Source of the DNA: Lentisphaeria bacterium
GTDB taxonomy: Bacteria > Verrucomicrobiota > Lentisphaeria > JABSQK01 > JAWLHB01
Length of the DNA stretch: 64,000 bases
Direction: 5' to 3'
Assembly (NCBI GenBank): GCA_041690595.1
Contig: JAWLHB010000034.1
Location: 1-64,000 of the forward strand
The translations under genes and the position numbers were made by a program. Below the pieces are notes generated by a model. That model made no database searches. It was not told where the DNA came from and saw nothing but the letters and a program-made list of their open reading frames with translations. This document shows, one piece after another, positions 18,101-26,988 of this stretch. The stretch's first letter is position 1, and each line of letters begins with the position of its first letter.

Positions 18101-18712
18101 ATGCCGACGGGAGCCCGACGCCTGCCAGCGCAGAACGCCTCCCTCCACTGCCGCCCGAAGATCCATCCCCTCCCCGGCAACAATCTCCTCCCCCTCCAGC
18201 GGCCAGGCCGCCACCATCAGGGGCACCAGTGGCAAGGCCCACTCGACATCGCCATGATCGACATCCCGAACATGGTGGCGCAACACGCTTCCCCGAAGCT
18301 CGGGATCCGCCGCCAGCAGCTCGTCCACGCACCAGCCCTGCCCGATGGCCAGCGTGTAGTCGCTGAGACTGATCGCCATGCCGCGACGATTCGCCTCACC
18401 CTTGAACCAGTCGACCAACTCCCACCAGGCTTCCGAGAAGAGCGGCGGGTCGCTGGGTATGGTGAGTCCATAGCTGATGCCGCCATCTCGATAGCCATGC
18501 GCATAGTTGATCTGCAGCCCCATGGTGCCGCGACACTCGCTCAGCCGCTCCAGTTGCCACAGCAGCCGTTCCCGCGTCAGCGGATCCCCAACCCACCAGA
18601 AGAAAGCTACCTGACCATAGCCGGCTGGCGGCTCCCGAAAACCCGGCAGCACATCCAGTTGCGGATCCCGCGACGGCCATCCCATCGCCTCCCCCCCGCC
18701 ACTCACCTTCAT
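15173..18712 (-). CDS. Large glycoside hydrolase, GH106 (alpha-L-rhamnosidase)-like, with a C-terminal GH2-type sugar-binding domain
   Basis: FREPPAGY..FFWW, FFSDEL, FRRRKGYDLxPELP, KVASSIAH, C-terminal LDLGRV..AEVHLNG...SGLLGPVTL. The start may be 18682. Confidence 0.75.
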   Translation of the reverse strand: MKVSGGGEAMGWPSRDPQLDVLPGFREPPAGYGQVAFFWWVGDPLTRERLLWQLERLSECRGTMGLQINYAHGYRDGGISYGLTIPSDPPLFSEAWWELVDWFKGEANRRGMAISLSDYTLAIGQGWCVDELLAADPELRGSVLRHHVRDVDHGDVEWALPLVPLMVAAWPLEGEEIVAGEGMDLRAAVEGGVLRWQASGSRRHRIIAVVAERVAASFDPLHPEGGKRYAELFFGQFERRYPGEGGKGLNFFFSDELIFGVEGNLWNDHLAEEFRRRKGYDLVPELPALFVDDGARTPKVRLDYRDVMVALAEEGFFRPVFDWHQKRGMIHGCDHGGRGRHVVEFGDYFRAMRWNQGPGCDQPKLHIDLIKNKVASSIAHLYERPRVWLEGYYSSGWGTSTEMLVRATFTCFAQGQNMLSLHGLYYSTHGGYWEWAPPCNHFRMPYWPHMDAFLTMVERLSYLLSQGRHCCDVAIVYPVAAVEAGLGGAEAVATAFAAGEWLYAHGIDFDFIDFESVERATAAEGALRVSGECYRVLVLPGMRAVRWSTLRQALALQQAGGMVALVGAVPEASDRAGRDDPELDALVAHLTTRVAGAEELGAVISEAVPRDFAVLAPEGVSPNFLHRRIGDREIYLVHGAPQGAECSFRATGRVELWDPWTGERQALPVIEQAAGRTRLRLPLGEAEANLIVFSPGVAEVETTVEPPAVQLHALDGNWEFELKPTMDNRFGDFRWPPTPTTIGPEGRRFRHAEERGSREGWERPEYDDSFWPEVTQDFGPQFWLLGPLPDEIDLDESLSKLSHLDPAIPVMAGGRAWCWQPYAFSWRWGVEGDPGVQGYHGLKSRVTDDFIALGIRRHLAPTGHFEYVADPAGSRYYLWTTAAAPTAMPCDLLTGGNRPTGIWLNGQRVLSFDQPVMLRAGANPLLLRYDGPGRGHVVVRKTGMAAAEVDPGGLAMRWHLDGGVVPYDVYPEAAAPAGWYRFMAPPGLLRMRVPTDGQVQAWIAGQRVEGIPVSSGWDFALESPWATPCQVALRIEQVRGAYGGATLTAPIAFDCGKGALPAGDWAVSGGLAAYSGGAWYRRRIVLEKVHAGGQLILDLGRVVATAEVHLNGRRVGVRVAPPWRFDLTDAVQEGENVLAILVYNTLANHYLTIPTCYRGEPVSGLLGPVTLERKQAGTR

Positions 18713-18936
18713 CTCGTAGCGTCTCCCAAAAGTGTACGGGCTTCCTCGGCTATTTGATCGGCGTCGTGTAACTCTGTCAACGCGTGGTGATAGCAGAATT
18801 CTGGATTCAGTTCCCCCCTCGCCGCCGTGTGTAGGGCACGTGCCTCATCGTATAGCCTCTGGCTGGTGGAGATACGCAGTTCCTCCCAATAGATGGCCTC
18901 CCAGGAAATGTCCGCTTCCTTCGACTGCTCGGTCAT
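18709..18936 (-). CDS. Small helical hypothetical protein (75 aa)
   Basis: ATG at 18936 with a strong GGGGGAGG RBS; 4-bp overlap with the downstream GH ORF. Confidence 0.6.
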   Translation of the reverse strand: MTEQSKEADISWEAIYWEELRISTSQRLYDEARALHTAARGELNPEFCYHHALTELHDADQIAEEARTLLGDATR

Positions 18937-19097
18937 GATACCTCCCCCGAATTGAGAATGCTGAAGAGTTATCAATATATCCCCACAGTAGAATTTTAGC
19001 GTCCAATCCGCGGGAAGTCTCTGTCGAGACACGCGCCTTCCGTCCCTTCCTTGACCGTGCCGCATGAAAATGGGAAAAGGGGGTATATAGTGAGCGC

Positions 19098-20465
19098 ATG
19101 CGTAATCCGGATACAACCTTTTTCTGCGGCATCGGCGGAAGCGGCATGAGCGCGCTGGCCCAGGTGCTGCGCCATCGGGGCATGGCTGTCGCCGGCAGCG
19201 ATCGGAGCTTCGACCAGGGAGACAATGGGCGCATTCGCGAGGCGCTCCTCGCGCAGGGCGTCCGGCTCTTCCCTCAGGACGGCTCCGGCATCTCGCCCGA
19301 GACAGCCCGCGTCATCGTCTCCACTGCCGTCGAGCCCACCATCCCGGATGTCCGCGCCGCTCTTGACCGGCAAATCCCCGTGCAACGCCGCGCGGAGCTG
19401 CTTGCCGAACTCTTTCATCAGGGGGAGGGCATTGCCATCGCGGGCACCAGCGGCAAGTCCACCGTCACGGCCATGGTTGGCCACATCCTGGAGGTCACCG
19501 GTCAGCGTCCCACCGTCATCAACGGCGCCGTCATGATCGGCAAATCGACCCCGCCCAGCCTCGGCAATGTCCTCTGCGGCGATGCCGCACTACCCGTCAT
19601 CGAAGCGGACGAAAGCGATGGGAGCATCGCCCTCTATCGTCCCCACATCGGGCTCATCACCAATATCAGCCTCGATCACAAGCCCATGGCCGAACTCCAT
19701 GAGCTCTTTACCGGTTTTGCCGCGGCATGTTGCCACGGTGTCGTCCGCAATGCGGACTGCCCCGAATCCCGTCGCCTGCCTCGCCCCGTGAGTCGCGTCC
19801 TCACCTTTGGCATCACTGCTCGCGATGCTGAAGTTCGCGCCACCGACGTGCAGCCGCTTCCAGACGGCATTCGCTGCCTCGTCAACGGTCACCCCCTGCA
19901 CCTGCGGCTGCTCGGTACGCACAACGTCGCCAATGCCGCGGCGGCGATTGCGGCCGCTGTCCTTCATGGTATCCCCCTGCGCGAGGCCGTCGCCGCGCTC
20001 GCCACCTTTGCCGGGGTCGAGCGGCGTCTCCAGATCCTCGGCGAACGCAACGGCATCATGGTCCTGGATGATTTCGCCCACAACCCGGACAAGATTGCCG
20101 CCTCACTGGCCGCCCTTCGTGCCGTCGGCCGCCGCCTCATCGTCATGTTCCAGCCTCACGGCTTCGGTCCCACGCGCTTCCTCCGCCAGGGACTGGTCGC
20201 TGCTTTTGTCGCGGGCCTCGGCGATCGCGATCACCTCGTCATGCCCGAAATCTACTATGCCGGCGGCACCGCCAGCCAGGATATTTCCTCGCGTGACCTC
20301 GTCCGGGACATTGCTGCCGGCGGCCGTCACGCCCACTTCTTCCCTGGCCGTTCGGAGGTCGAAGCCTTCCTCCGCCGAGAGGCGCTCCCCGGCGATCTCA
20401 TCGTCATCATGGGCGCCCGCGACAACACCCTGACCGATTTCGCCCGCCGCTTGCTCAACGGCTGA
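19098..20465 (+). CDS. murC: Mur ligase family protein (MurC/Mpl-like)
   Basis: GIGGSGMSALA, GTSGKST P-loop, EADESDG, DH, GVERRLQ, DDFAHNP and FQPH. Confidence 0.75.
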   Translation: MRNPDTTFFCGIGGSGMSALAQVLRHRGMAVAGSDRSFDQGDNGRIREALLAQGVRLFPQDGSGISPETARVIVSTAVEPTIPDVRAALDRQIPVQRRAELLAELFHQGEGIAIAGTSGKSTVTAMVGHILEVTGQRPTVINGAVMIGKSTPPSLGNVLCGDAALPVIEADESDGSIALYRPHIGLITNISLDHKPMAELHELFTGFAAACCHGVVRNADCPESRRLPRPVSRVLTFGITARDAEVRATDVQPLPDGIRCLVNGHPLHLRLLGTHNVANAAAAIAAAVLHGIPLREAVAALATFAGVERRLQILGERNGIMVLDDFAHNPDKIAASLAALRAVGRRLIVMFQPHGFGPTRFLRQGLVAAFVAGLGDRDHLVMPEIYYAGGTASQDISSRDLVRDIAAGGRHAHFFPGRSEVEAFLRREALPGDLIVIMGARDNTLTDFARRLLNG

Positions 20466-20470
20466 GTCAT

Positions 20471-21334
20471 GTGATCTACAGCATCGTCCATACCACATCC
20501 TACACCTACAGCCAGCCCGTCGACAGTGGGCGCAGCACACTCCACCTCGCGCCCAGATCCATCCCCGGCCGTCAGGAATGCCGTACCTTCGATCTCTCCT
20601 GCGATCCCCAGCCAGATACCATGGCGTGCAGCACCGACACCTTCGGCAATGCGTGTCACTCCCTCCACCTCACCCGCCCCCACCGACACCTGAAGATCTG
20701 CGCCCGCAGCGAGGTCGAACTCTTTCCACGCGAACTCGTCAATCCCGTACTGACTCCGCCCATTGCCCACGTGCGCCTGGCAGCAAGAGAGCGACAGGAT
20801 CTGCTCCCCTTTCTCGCTCCGTCGCCCCGGGTCGAGACGGGTGATGAGTTTGCCGAATTCGCTCAGCCGTATCTGCCGCCGGGCGAGCCTGTTCTCGACG
20901 CGCTCATGAGCCTCAACCGCGCTATTTACCGCGACTTCCGCTATCTCCCCGGCTCCACCCATGTCCACACGCGCACCTCCGAGGTGCTTGCCGCCGGCGC
21001 CGGAGTCTGCCAGGATTTTGCCCACCTGCTCATCGCGGCCTGCCGCTCCATCGGCCTGCCTTCCCGCTACGTGAGCGGCTATCTCTCGCCGTTGATGTTT
21101 CATGACGACGCGGAAGATCCACCCTGCGCGTCCCACGCCTGGGCGGCCGTATGGTGCGGCCCCGCTCATGGTTGGATCGAGCTGGATCCCACCCATGACA
21201 TGGCCCAACCCGCCCGCCACCTCGTCCTCTGCTGGGGACGCGACTACAGCGATGTCCCCCCCATGCAGGGGGTCATCCATGGCGGTGCCGGTCAGTCCAT
21301 GCAGGTCGACGTCCGTATCCGCTCCCTCGACTGA
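20471..21334 (+). CDS. Transglutaminase-like protein with bacterial N-terminal domain
   Basis: HTTSYTY N-terminus; catalytic triad motifs GVCQDFAH, SHAW and DPT; GRDYSDV. Confidence 0.9.
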   Translation: MIYSIVHTTSYTYSQPVDSGRSTLHLAPRSIPGRQECRTFDLSCDPQPDTMACSTDTFGNACHSLHLTRPHRHLKICARSEVELFPRELVNPVLTPPIAHVRLAARERQDLLPFLAPSPRVETGDEFAEFAQPYLPPGEPVLDALMSLNRAIYRDFRYLPGSTHVHTRTSEVLAAGAGVCQDFAHLLIAACRSIGLPSRYVSGYLSPLMFHDDAEDPPCASHAWAAVWCGPAHGWIELDPTHDMAQPARHLVLCWGRDYSDVPPMQGVIHGGAGQSMQVDVRIRSLD

Positions 21335-21341
21335 TCCGGCG

Positions 21342-22088
21342 TCAGGCCGTATCCAGCTCGTAATCGATGGCATAGAAGCAGAGCGTGCGGCCCGTGCGAT
21401 TGGGCTCGCTGCGGTGCCAGGTGTAGTTGGTGAAGACGACGCCATCGCCCGGCTCCAGTTCCACGATCACCTCATCTCCCTCGGAGGCCTTGTCAAGCGG
21501 GATCCGATGACGCGTGATGGGCTGGAATTTGCCATCGTCCCACGTTCCGTACTTTGGCGAATCATAGTACGACTCGTGCTTCTCGACCTTCCAGCCGCGG
21601 TGGCTGTACGGCTTGAGGGCAAGGGCAATCGCCTGCGGGCCCACCTTGTCCAGCGGCAACCAGATGTTCGCCCCGATACCGGGTTCGCGATGCCAGTAGT
21701 AGGTGTCCTGATGGTAATAGCTGCATCCTCCCTGCTCACCCTCGATCTGGCCGTGCTTGATGCCGGCCTGATCGGTGTACAGGCGAACTTTCCCGCCCAG
21801 CAGGACCTCCATGGCCATCTTCACCTGAGGATGGCGCACGATCTCACTGAAGGCCTCGTCCTCGCCCGCGGGCTGCTGCAGGAAGCCGGGCAGTGGCCCG
21901 CCGTCCGCGCGCGAATACGCTTCCGGATCGATGAACTGATAGTGCTTCCACTCCCACTCCGGGGGCGACTCCACGATCTCGTCGATCCGCGCACGGGCTG
22001 CTTCGATCAAGGCGGGTTTGAGGAGCTGGCGCACGATGCACCAACCCTCGCGATCATACTGTTCCTTTGCTTCCGGCGTCATGGACAT
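21342..22088 (-). CDS. Phytanoyl-CoA dioxygenase (PhyH) family Fe(II)/2-oxoglutarate dioxygenase
   Basis: YDREGW, HQD, WLPLD, GDGVVF..HRSxPN and distal R. Confidence 0.85.
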   Translation of the reverse strand: MSMTPEAKEQYDREGWCIVRQLLKPALIEAARARIDEIVESPPEWEWKHYQFIDPEAYSRADGGPLPGFLQQPAGEDEAFSEIVRHPQVKMAMEVLLGGKVRLYTDQAGIKHGQIEGEQGGCSYYHQDTYYWHREPGIGANIWLPLDKVGPQAIALALKPYSHRGWKVEKHESYYDSPKYGTWDDGKFQPITRHRIPLDKASEGDEVIVELEPGDGVVFTNYTWHRSEPNRTGRTLCFYAIDYELDTA

Positions 22089-22174
22089 GGGCGATCCTTG
22101 GGTAGAGTAAGTGGCTCGCTTTTCGCTTCTCTAATGTTGCATCGGGCAGCACCATTGCGCAAGTGCGCGCCCTA

Positions 22175-23413
22175 TCATCCATAAACCTCGTCGATCATCT
22201 GACGCGTCAGCGCATGCCAGCGGCGGATGCGTTCTCTGTCGTGCTCGACCGTCTCCACATCCTTCAGGCAGATGTCCACGCAGCAGTTGTGCTCCCGGCA
22301 GGCGAGGAGGTCGCGGGTCAGGATCTTGCGGATGCGCGTCTCATCGAACCGATAGGCAACCATGTCCGCCGGGCTGGGACGGTAACTCATCACATAATCG
22401 CGGCCGACCTGCTCCGCGCAGGAGGGGACATTCGCCAGCGGCGCGATGGCAATCCGGCGCAGATTGGGGATCTGGCGCAGCAGCCCGATCTTCCGCGTCA
22501 GGTCTTCGCAGCAGCCGTAGGCCACCATGCCGAACTCCGCCATGATCGGCAACTGATACCGGAGCATGAACTCGTCGAACTGTGCCGGCCCCAGAAGCGT
22601 CGTCTCCTGCGCGGCGCAGAAGTGCCATAGCTGCCGCCGCGGCACCGGCTCGTCGGCGGGGCTGGGATCCGCCAGTTCGTGCGCATAGGAGAGGGACTGG
22701 TTCTCATGATTGAGCAGGCGCCAATCACCGGCGGCTTCGGCCTGCCTGTGCGTCTCCAGGATGCTGTCGCGCATGAACCCCAGCAGCTCATGCAGCCAGG
22801 CCGGGCGGTCCATCATGTCGAACATGATCTTCTCGATGCCGCGAAGTTGCCCCAGATCCGTTGAGATGTCGCCGTGCCAGACCCGCGTCAGGGGCGAGCG
22901 ATCGACCGCAATGGGCAGAATATCCCCCAGCAGCTCCCGCACACGCGCCACCCGCATGGCCGTCGATTCCTCGATTACCTCATGCCGCGGAGCCACCAGT
23001 CGCTGCATGTCCTCCGGCTCCCGGATCGGTGAATCCATCGCCTTCCCGCCATGCGGATCATCGCTCGATTTCCACTGCATCGACATGCCCCAGAAACCCC
23101 CCGCATTCACCCGTCGCTCCGCCGGCACCACCAGCCACGGCTCGAAAACCCAGTCATCGCCGAAGCTCGCGCGGAAAAGCTCCCGGCGAAAGAAATCCTC
23201 GGTAGAATGCCAGAAGGAATCCTCGCAGGCGAACGTGCGGTCCGGCATTTCCTGCCAGGCAAAGGCCCGCGCGTATACCGGAATGCGCGTCGTCTCCAGT
23301 GAATTGTGACGCCGCCACAACTCTCGACGCGCCTCATTGGCCGGATCGTTCGCCAGCTCCATATAGCGGTGCGCCAGGTCGCGCAACAGCGTCCGATCTG
23401 CTTGCGATGTCAT
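22175..23413 (-). CDS. Uroporphyrinogen decarboxylase/MtaA-CmuA-fold protein of unknown function
   Basis: LRGIEKIMFDMMDRP, AQE, YGCCEDL, YRPSP and LKDVET. Confidence 0.65.
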   Translation of the reverse strand: MTSQADRTLLRDLAHRYMELANDPANEARRELWRRHNSLETTRIPVYARAFAWQEMPDRTFACEDSFWHSTEDFFRRELFRASFGDDWVFEPWLVVPAERRVNAGGFWGMSMQWKSSDDPHGGKAMDSPIREPEDMQRLVAPRHEVIEESTAMRVARVRELLGDILPIAVDRSPLTRVWHGDISTDLGQLRGIEKIMFDMMDRPAWLHELLGFMRDSILETHRQAEAAGDWRLLNHENQSLSYAHELADPSPADEPVPRRQLWHFCAAQETTLLGPAQFDEFMLRYQLPIMAEFGMVAYGCCEDLTRKIGLLRQIPNLRRIAIAPLANVPSCAEQVGRDYVMSYRPSPADMVAYRFDETRIRKILTRDLLACREHNCCVDICLKDVETVEHDRERIRRWHALTRQMIDEVYG

Positions 23414-23459
23414 GCAGTTTCGTTGCCCCTGGGATAGGTTTCTCTGTTCTCGGGACCGT

Positions 23460-25964
23460 TCAGCGCGAGAAGTCGATCACGAGCGTGCGGAAAAGCTGCA
23501 AAGCTGGAAAGTCGACGATGGCGGTGGTGCCGTCAACCTCGCATGGCAGGCGCTCCGCCATCACTCGCGGCTCCCAGGTCAACATCCAGGCTTCAGCCTG
23601 GCTGTAGCCGTCCGGGACGGCGACTTCCACCTTGAAAGCTTCGTCGATCGGCGGGGGCAGCTCGTTGCTCTTGTTGCGCCGCAGACGCTCCGCCACCGGC
23701 GGATTGATCAGCGGGATGATGTAGCGGAGCTGCTCGCCGATCGCTTCATACGCCGCCACATCGGCATACCAGATCTCGGCCGGCGCATCGACGAAAATCT
23801 TCTCCTGCGCATCCGGCAACAGGCGACGGTTCGTGCTCCAGAAAAACTCCGAGTAACGGCTGATGAACTGGCCAATGCTGTCGCGCGTGTACGGCGGCGC
23901 CGAAAAGCTGCCGACATAGTGCGAACCGCTGGCGATCATGCATATCGCAAAGTAGATATCGTCGTGGGCAAAGTAGCCATTCCCGTCGCGGTGCGGCGAG
24001 AAGAGCTGATAGATGCCACCGAAGCGGCCTGCCATATCCCGTTTCTGCGCCATACCCCACAGCGCGTCCTCCCACCGGTTCATGTAATGGTCGAAGAATG
24101 GCGCCGACATCGTTCCTTCATCCATGAACATCCCATTGGCTTCCGCGAAGGCCACGAACTCCGGGTACTCCTCCGGCGGCTTCGGCGTCACATTGCGGTT
24201 GCCCACCTGTTCGAGGTACGCCCAACTGTCCATGTTCGCGCCAAACTCGAAGCCCGGAAACTCCTTCCGCAGGCGATCCTTGTAGTCGACGAAGTTCTTT
24301 GCCGCATGCGCTTGGGCATTCTCCATATCAAACGGCAGACTCGTCCCCAGTACCGTATGCACCGACTTCGGCGAAAAAATGCCGACGTCGAAGCGGATCC
24401 CCATGTAGCCCGTGCGTCGCACGAACTCGGCAGTCTGCTCCTCGATCTGCTCCTTCAGTTCCGGAAACCAATGGTTGAGGTGCTGTTCGATGTGCGGAAT
24501 GTTGATGCTCGACGGCTCGATGAAGGACTTGGTGAAATCGTGGGCATTGACCGCTTCTTCCCGCTCCTTCCGCATGCGATAGATCACATCCGTCGCCACG
24601 GGCCGTCCATGGACCCACTCCGGGTGATCCACATAGAGATCCATCACCGCAGTGCCTGTGCCGCCGGCAAAAAGGTACATGTGGCTCGCGATGCCCTGCT
24701 CCAGATTACGGCCCGTCGCATACTGGACCAGGCGAAAGGTCTGTGGCAGACCCGCACTCATCATGCCGCTGATCCAGTGATCCTGGCGGGGCATCACCCG
24801 GGCACAATCCCCCACCGTCGCCCCGAATGCCTCGACCAGGTTCTGAAACGATTCGTTCTCGCGAAAGGGATCCACCGTCCGGCTGTTGCTGCCCATGACA
24901 TGCACGTCGTAGACCCGCGGGTGCACCTGGAAATAATCGTGGGCCGCATGCTCCACCACCTCCCCCTGGCGAATCTCGGCCCCTACCTTGTAACCCCACC
25001 AGCCTGTCTGCTCATCGGTTGGCCACTCCACCTCCAGCTCTTTCAACTCGTCGGCGGCCAGGCTCACCGTGGATTCATGGATCACCTGGCGCTGCGCATA
25101 GCCCCGCTCCAGCCACACCTGAAGCTGCCGCTCGTATGGCTCGCCGGTGAAATTCTCCAGTTGCACCTGGAAAGTATTGCTCTCTCCTGGACGCAGCCAG
25201 ACGCGCTGGGCCTTGACGTGGCGGACCGTGATCGACGGCGAAGGCTGGATCTTCTCCAGCCGGATCCAGTCCAGGCGCACCCAGCGCAGCGAATTGGGTG
25301 GTTGCCCGGTGGTCGAGCTGTATTTGGTTCGCGGCAGATTCAGCGCAATCTGGAATCCGCGTGATGCCGCCGGTGCGGCAGCTGCCACCGCGGCTTCCGG
25401 ATACGCCTCGTGATACCATCCCCCCGGCCGCAGCGGATGGTAGGCCTGCCGCGCCTTCAGCATCTTGCTCAGGCTTGGGTCCACCTCGTACAGCATCGTC
25501 AGCTCATGATAGCGACCGGTCTCGGTGAAATCGCATGCGGCATACGAGACGATCCGCGGCTCGGCCCCTTCCGGATAGACACCCAGATCGATCGGCGTAC
25601 CGATCAGCCCGAGATCCCCTTCAAAGCTCACCCGGGCGGTCAGCTTGTATACACCCGGTTCGATAGTTGCCCACGCTACCAGCGGCGTGCGCGCCACCAG
25701 CATCGCGTTCCTGGCGATGGCCTGCCGGCTCACGCGCTGCTCCAGCGCCACCCGCTGCCGGGCACCGTCCTCCCCGTCGCGACTGCTCTCGGCATCGGGA
25801 TCCTCCACAATGCTCAAGGCGCCGCGCTCCTCTATCTTGCTGCCCGGGATTGTGTGACCCGCCCAGCTGAATGTCGATTCGGCTGCCGCCGGGCTGGCGC
25901 TCATCAAGCCCGTCCAGAGGAGTGCAAACACGGTGAATCGGCCCATGATGTCTATCCCTTTCAT
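23460..25964 (-). CDS. Large secreted hypothetical protein (possible remote glycoside hydrolase)
   Basis: Signal peptide (FALLWTGLMSASPAAA); Ig-like segment (LRPGESNTFQVQLEN) followed by a barrel-like region with GYMGIRFDVG. Confidence 0.7.
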   Translation of the reverse strand: MKGIDIMGRFTVFALLWTGLMSASPAAAESTFSWAGHTIPGSKIEERGALSIVEDPDAESSRDGEDGARQRVALEQRVSRQAIARNAMLVARTPLVAWATIEPGVYKLTARVSFEGDLGLIGTPIDLGVYPEGAEPRIVSYAACDFTETGRYHELTMLYEVDPSLSKMLKARQAYHPLRPGGWYHEAYPEAAVAAAAPAASRGFQIALNLPRTKYSSTTGQPPNSLRWVRLDWIRLEKIQPSPSITVRHVKAQRVWLRPGESNTFQVQLENFTGEPYERQLQVWLERGYAQRQVIHESTVSLAADELKELEVEWPTDEQTGWWGYKVGAEIRQGEVVEHAAHDYFQVHPRVYDVHVMGSNSRTVDPFRENESFQNLVEAFGATVGDCARVMPRQDHWISGMMSAGLPQTFRLVQYATGRNLEQGIASHMYLFAGGTGTAVMDLYVDHPEWVHGRPVATDVIYRMRKEREEAVNAHDFTKSFIEPSSINIPHIEQHLNHWFPELKEQIEEQTAEFVRRTGYMGIRFDVGIFSPKSVHTVLGTSLPFDMENAQAHAAKNFVDYKDRLRKEFPGFEFGANMDSWAYLEQVGNRNVTPKPPEEYPEFVAFAEANGMFMDEGTMSAPFFDHYMNRWEDALWGMAQKRDMAGRFGGIYQLFSPHRDGNGYFAHDDIYFAICMIASGSHYVGSFSAPPYTRDSIGQFISRYSEFFWSTNRRLLPDAQEKIFVDAPAEIWYADVAAYEAIGEQLRYIIPLINPPVAERLRRNKSNELPPPIDEAFKVEVAVPDGYSQAEAWMLTWEPRVMAERLPCEVDGTTAIVDFPALQLFRTLVIDFSR

Positions 25965-25974
25965 GATGTTCAGG

Positions 25975-26988
25975 TCATAATGTCCGGCCCACTGCCCGCA
26001 CGACAGCGTCCAGTTCCCGCATCAAGGTGGCGAAGCCGTCCGGCCACAGCGATTGCTTGCCGTCCGACATCGCCTTGGTTGGATCGTTGTGGACTTCTAC
26101 CAGCACACCGTCCGCCCCGCATGCCGCCGCGGCTCGTGCCATGGGCGAGACGAATTCCCGGACCCCGGTTCCATGCGAAGGATCCACCAGCACCGGCAGA
26201 TACGTATGCTGCTTGAGGTACGGGATCGCGTTCAGATCCAGCGTGTTGCGCGTCGCCGTTTCGAAGGTCCGGATGCCCCGTTCACAGAGTATGACATTCG
26301 GATTGCCCTCCGAGACGATATACTCGGCAGCCATCAGGAGATCTTCTACCGTCGCCGCCATGCCCCGCTTGAGGATCACCGGCTTGCGGCTCTTCCCCAG
26401 CCGCGTCAGCAGTCGAAAGTTCTGCATGTTGCGCGCCCCTACCTGGAAAGCATCGGCGTAAGCCTCCACGCTCTCTACATCCGCCACCTCCACCACTTCC
26501 GTGATCGCCGGCAGACCCACCTCACGGGAAACGTCCCGGAGGATGCGCAGCCCCTCCAGTCCCAATCCCTGGAAGCTGTACGGACTCGTTCGCGGCTTGA
26601 AGGCGCCGCCCCGCAATCCGCGTGCTCCCGACGCCTTGATCGCCAGCGCCGTCGCCTCCATCTGCTCGCGCGATTCGATGGCGCACGGGCCCGCAATGAC
26701 CACGAAGCGGTTCCCCCCAATCGCCACATCGCCGATCGATACGACGGCATCGCTTGGGTGGAACTCCCGGCTCACCACTTTATAAGGTGTCAGGATAGGG
26801 GTGATGCTCTCCACCTCCGGGTGATTCTCCAGGTGGAGCGTTCCCAATATCCGCTCATCCCCGATCGCGCCCAATACTGTTCGTTCCGTGCCCGGCAGGT
26901 ACAGCGGCTGAAGACCGGCCGCCGCGATCTGCTGCTGGATCTCCTCGGCGATCGCCGGAGTTGCTGTCGGCTTGAGGATGATAATCAT
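25975..26988 (-). CDS. aroF: DAHP synthase, type I-beta with N-terminal regulatory domain
   Basis: MIIILK, IAGPCAIES, GAFKPRTSPYSFQG, GARNMQN, LKRG, CERGIRTFE, DPSHGTG and EVH. Confidence 0.95.
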   Translation of the reverse strand: MIIILKPTATPAIAEEIQQQIAAAGLQPLYLPGTERTVLGAIGDERILGTLHLENHPEVESITPILTPYKVVSREFHPSDAVVSIGDVAIGGNRFVVIAGPCAIESREQMEATALAIKASGARGLRGGAFKPRTSPYSFQGLGLEGLRILRDVSREVGLPAITEVVEVADVESVEAYADAFQVGARNMQNFRLLTRLGKSRKPVILKRGMAATVEDLLMAAEYIVSEGNPNVILCERGIRTFETATRNTLDLNAIPYLKQHTYLPVLVDPSHGTGVREFVSPMARAAAACGADGVLVEVHNDPTKAMSDGKQSLWPDGFATLMRELDAVVRAVGRTL

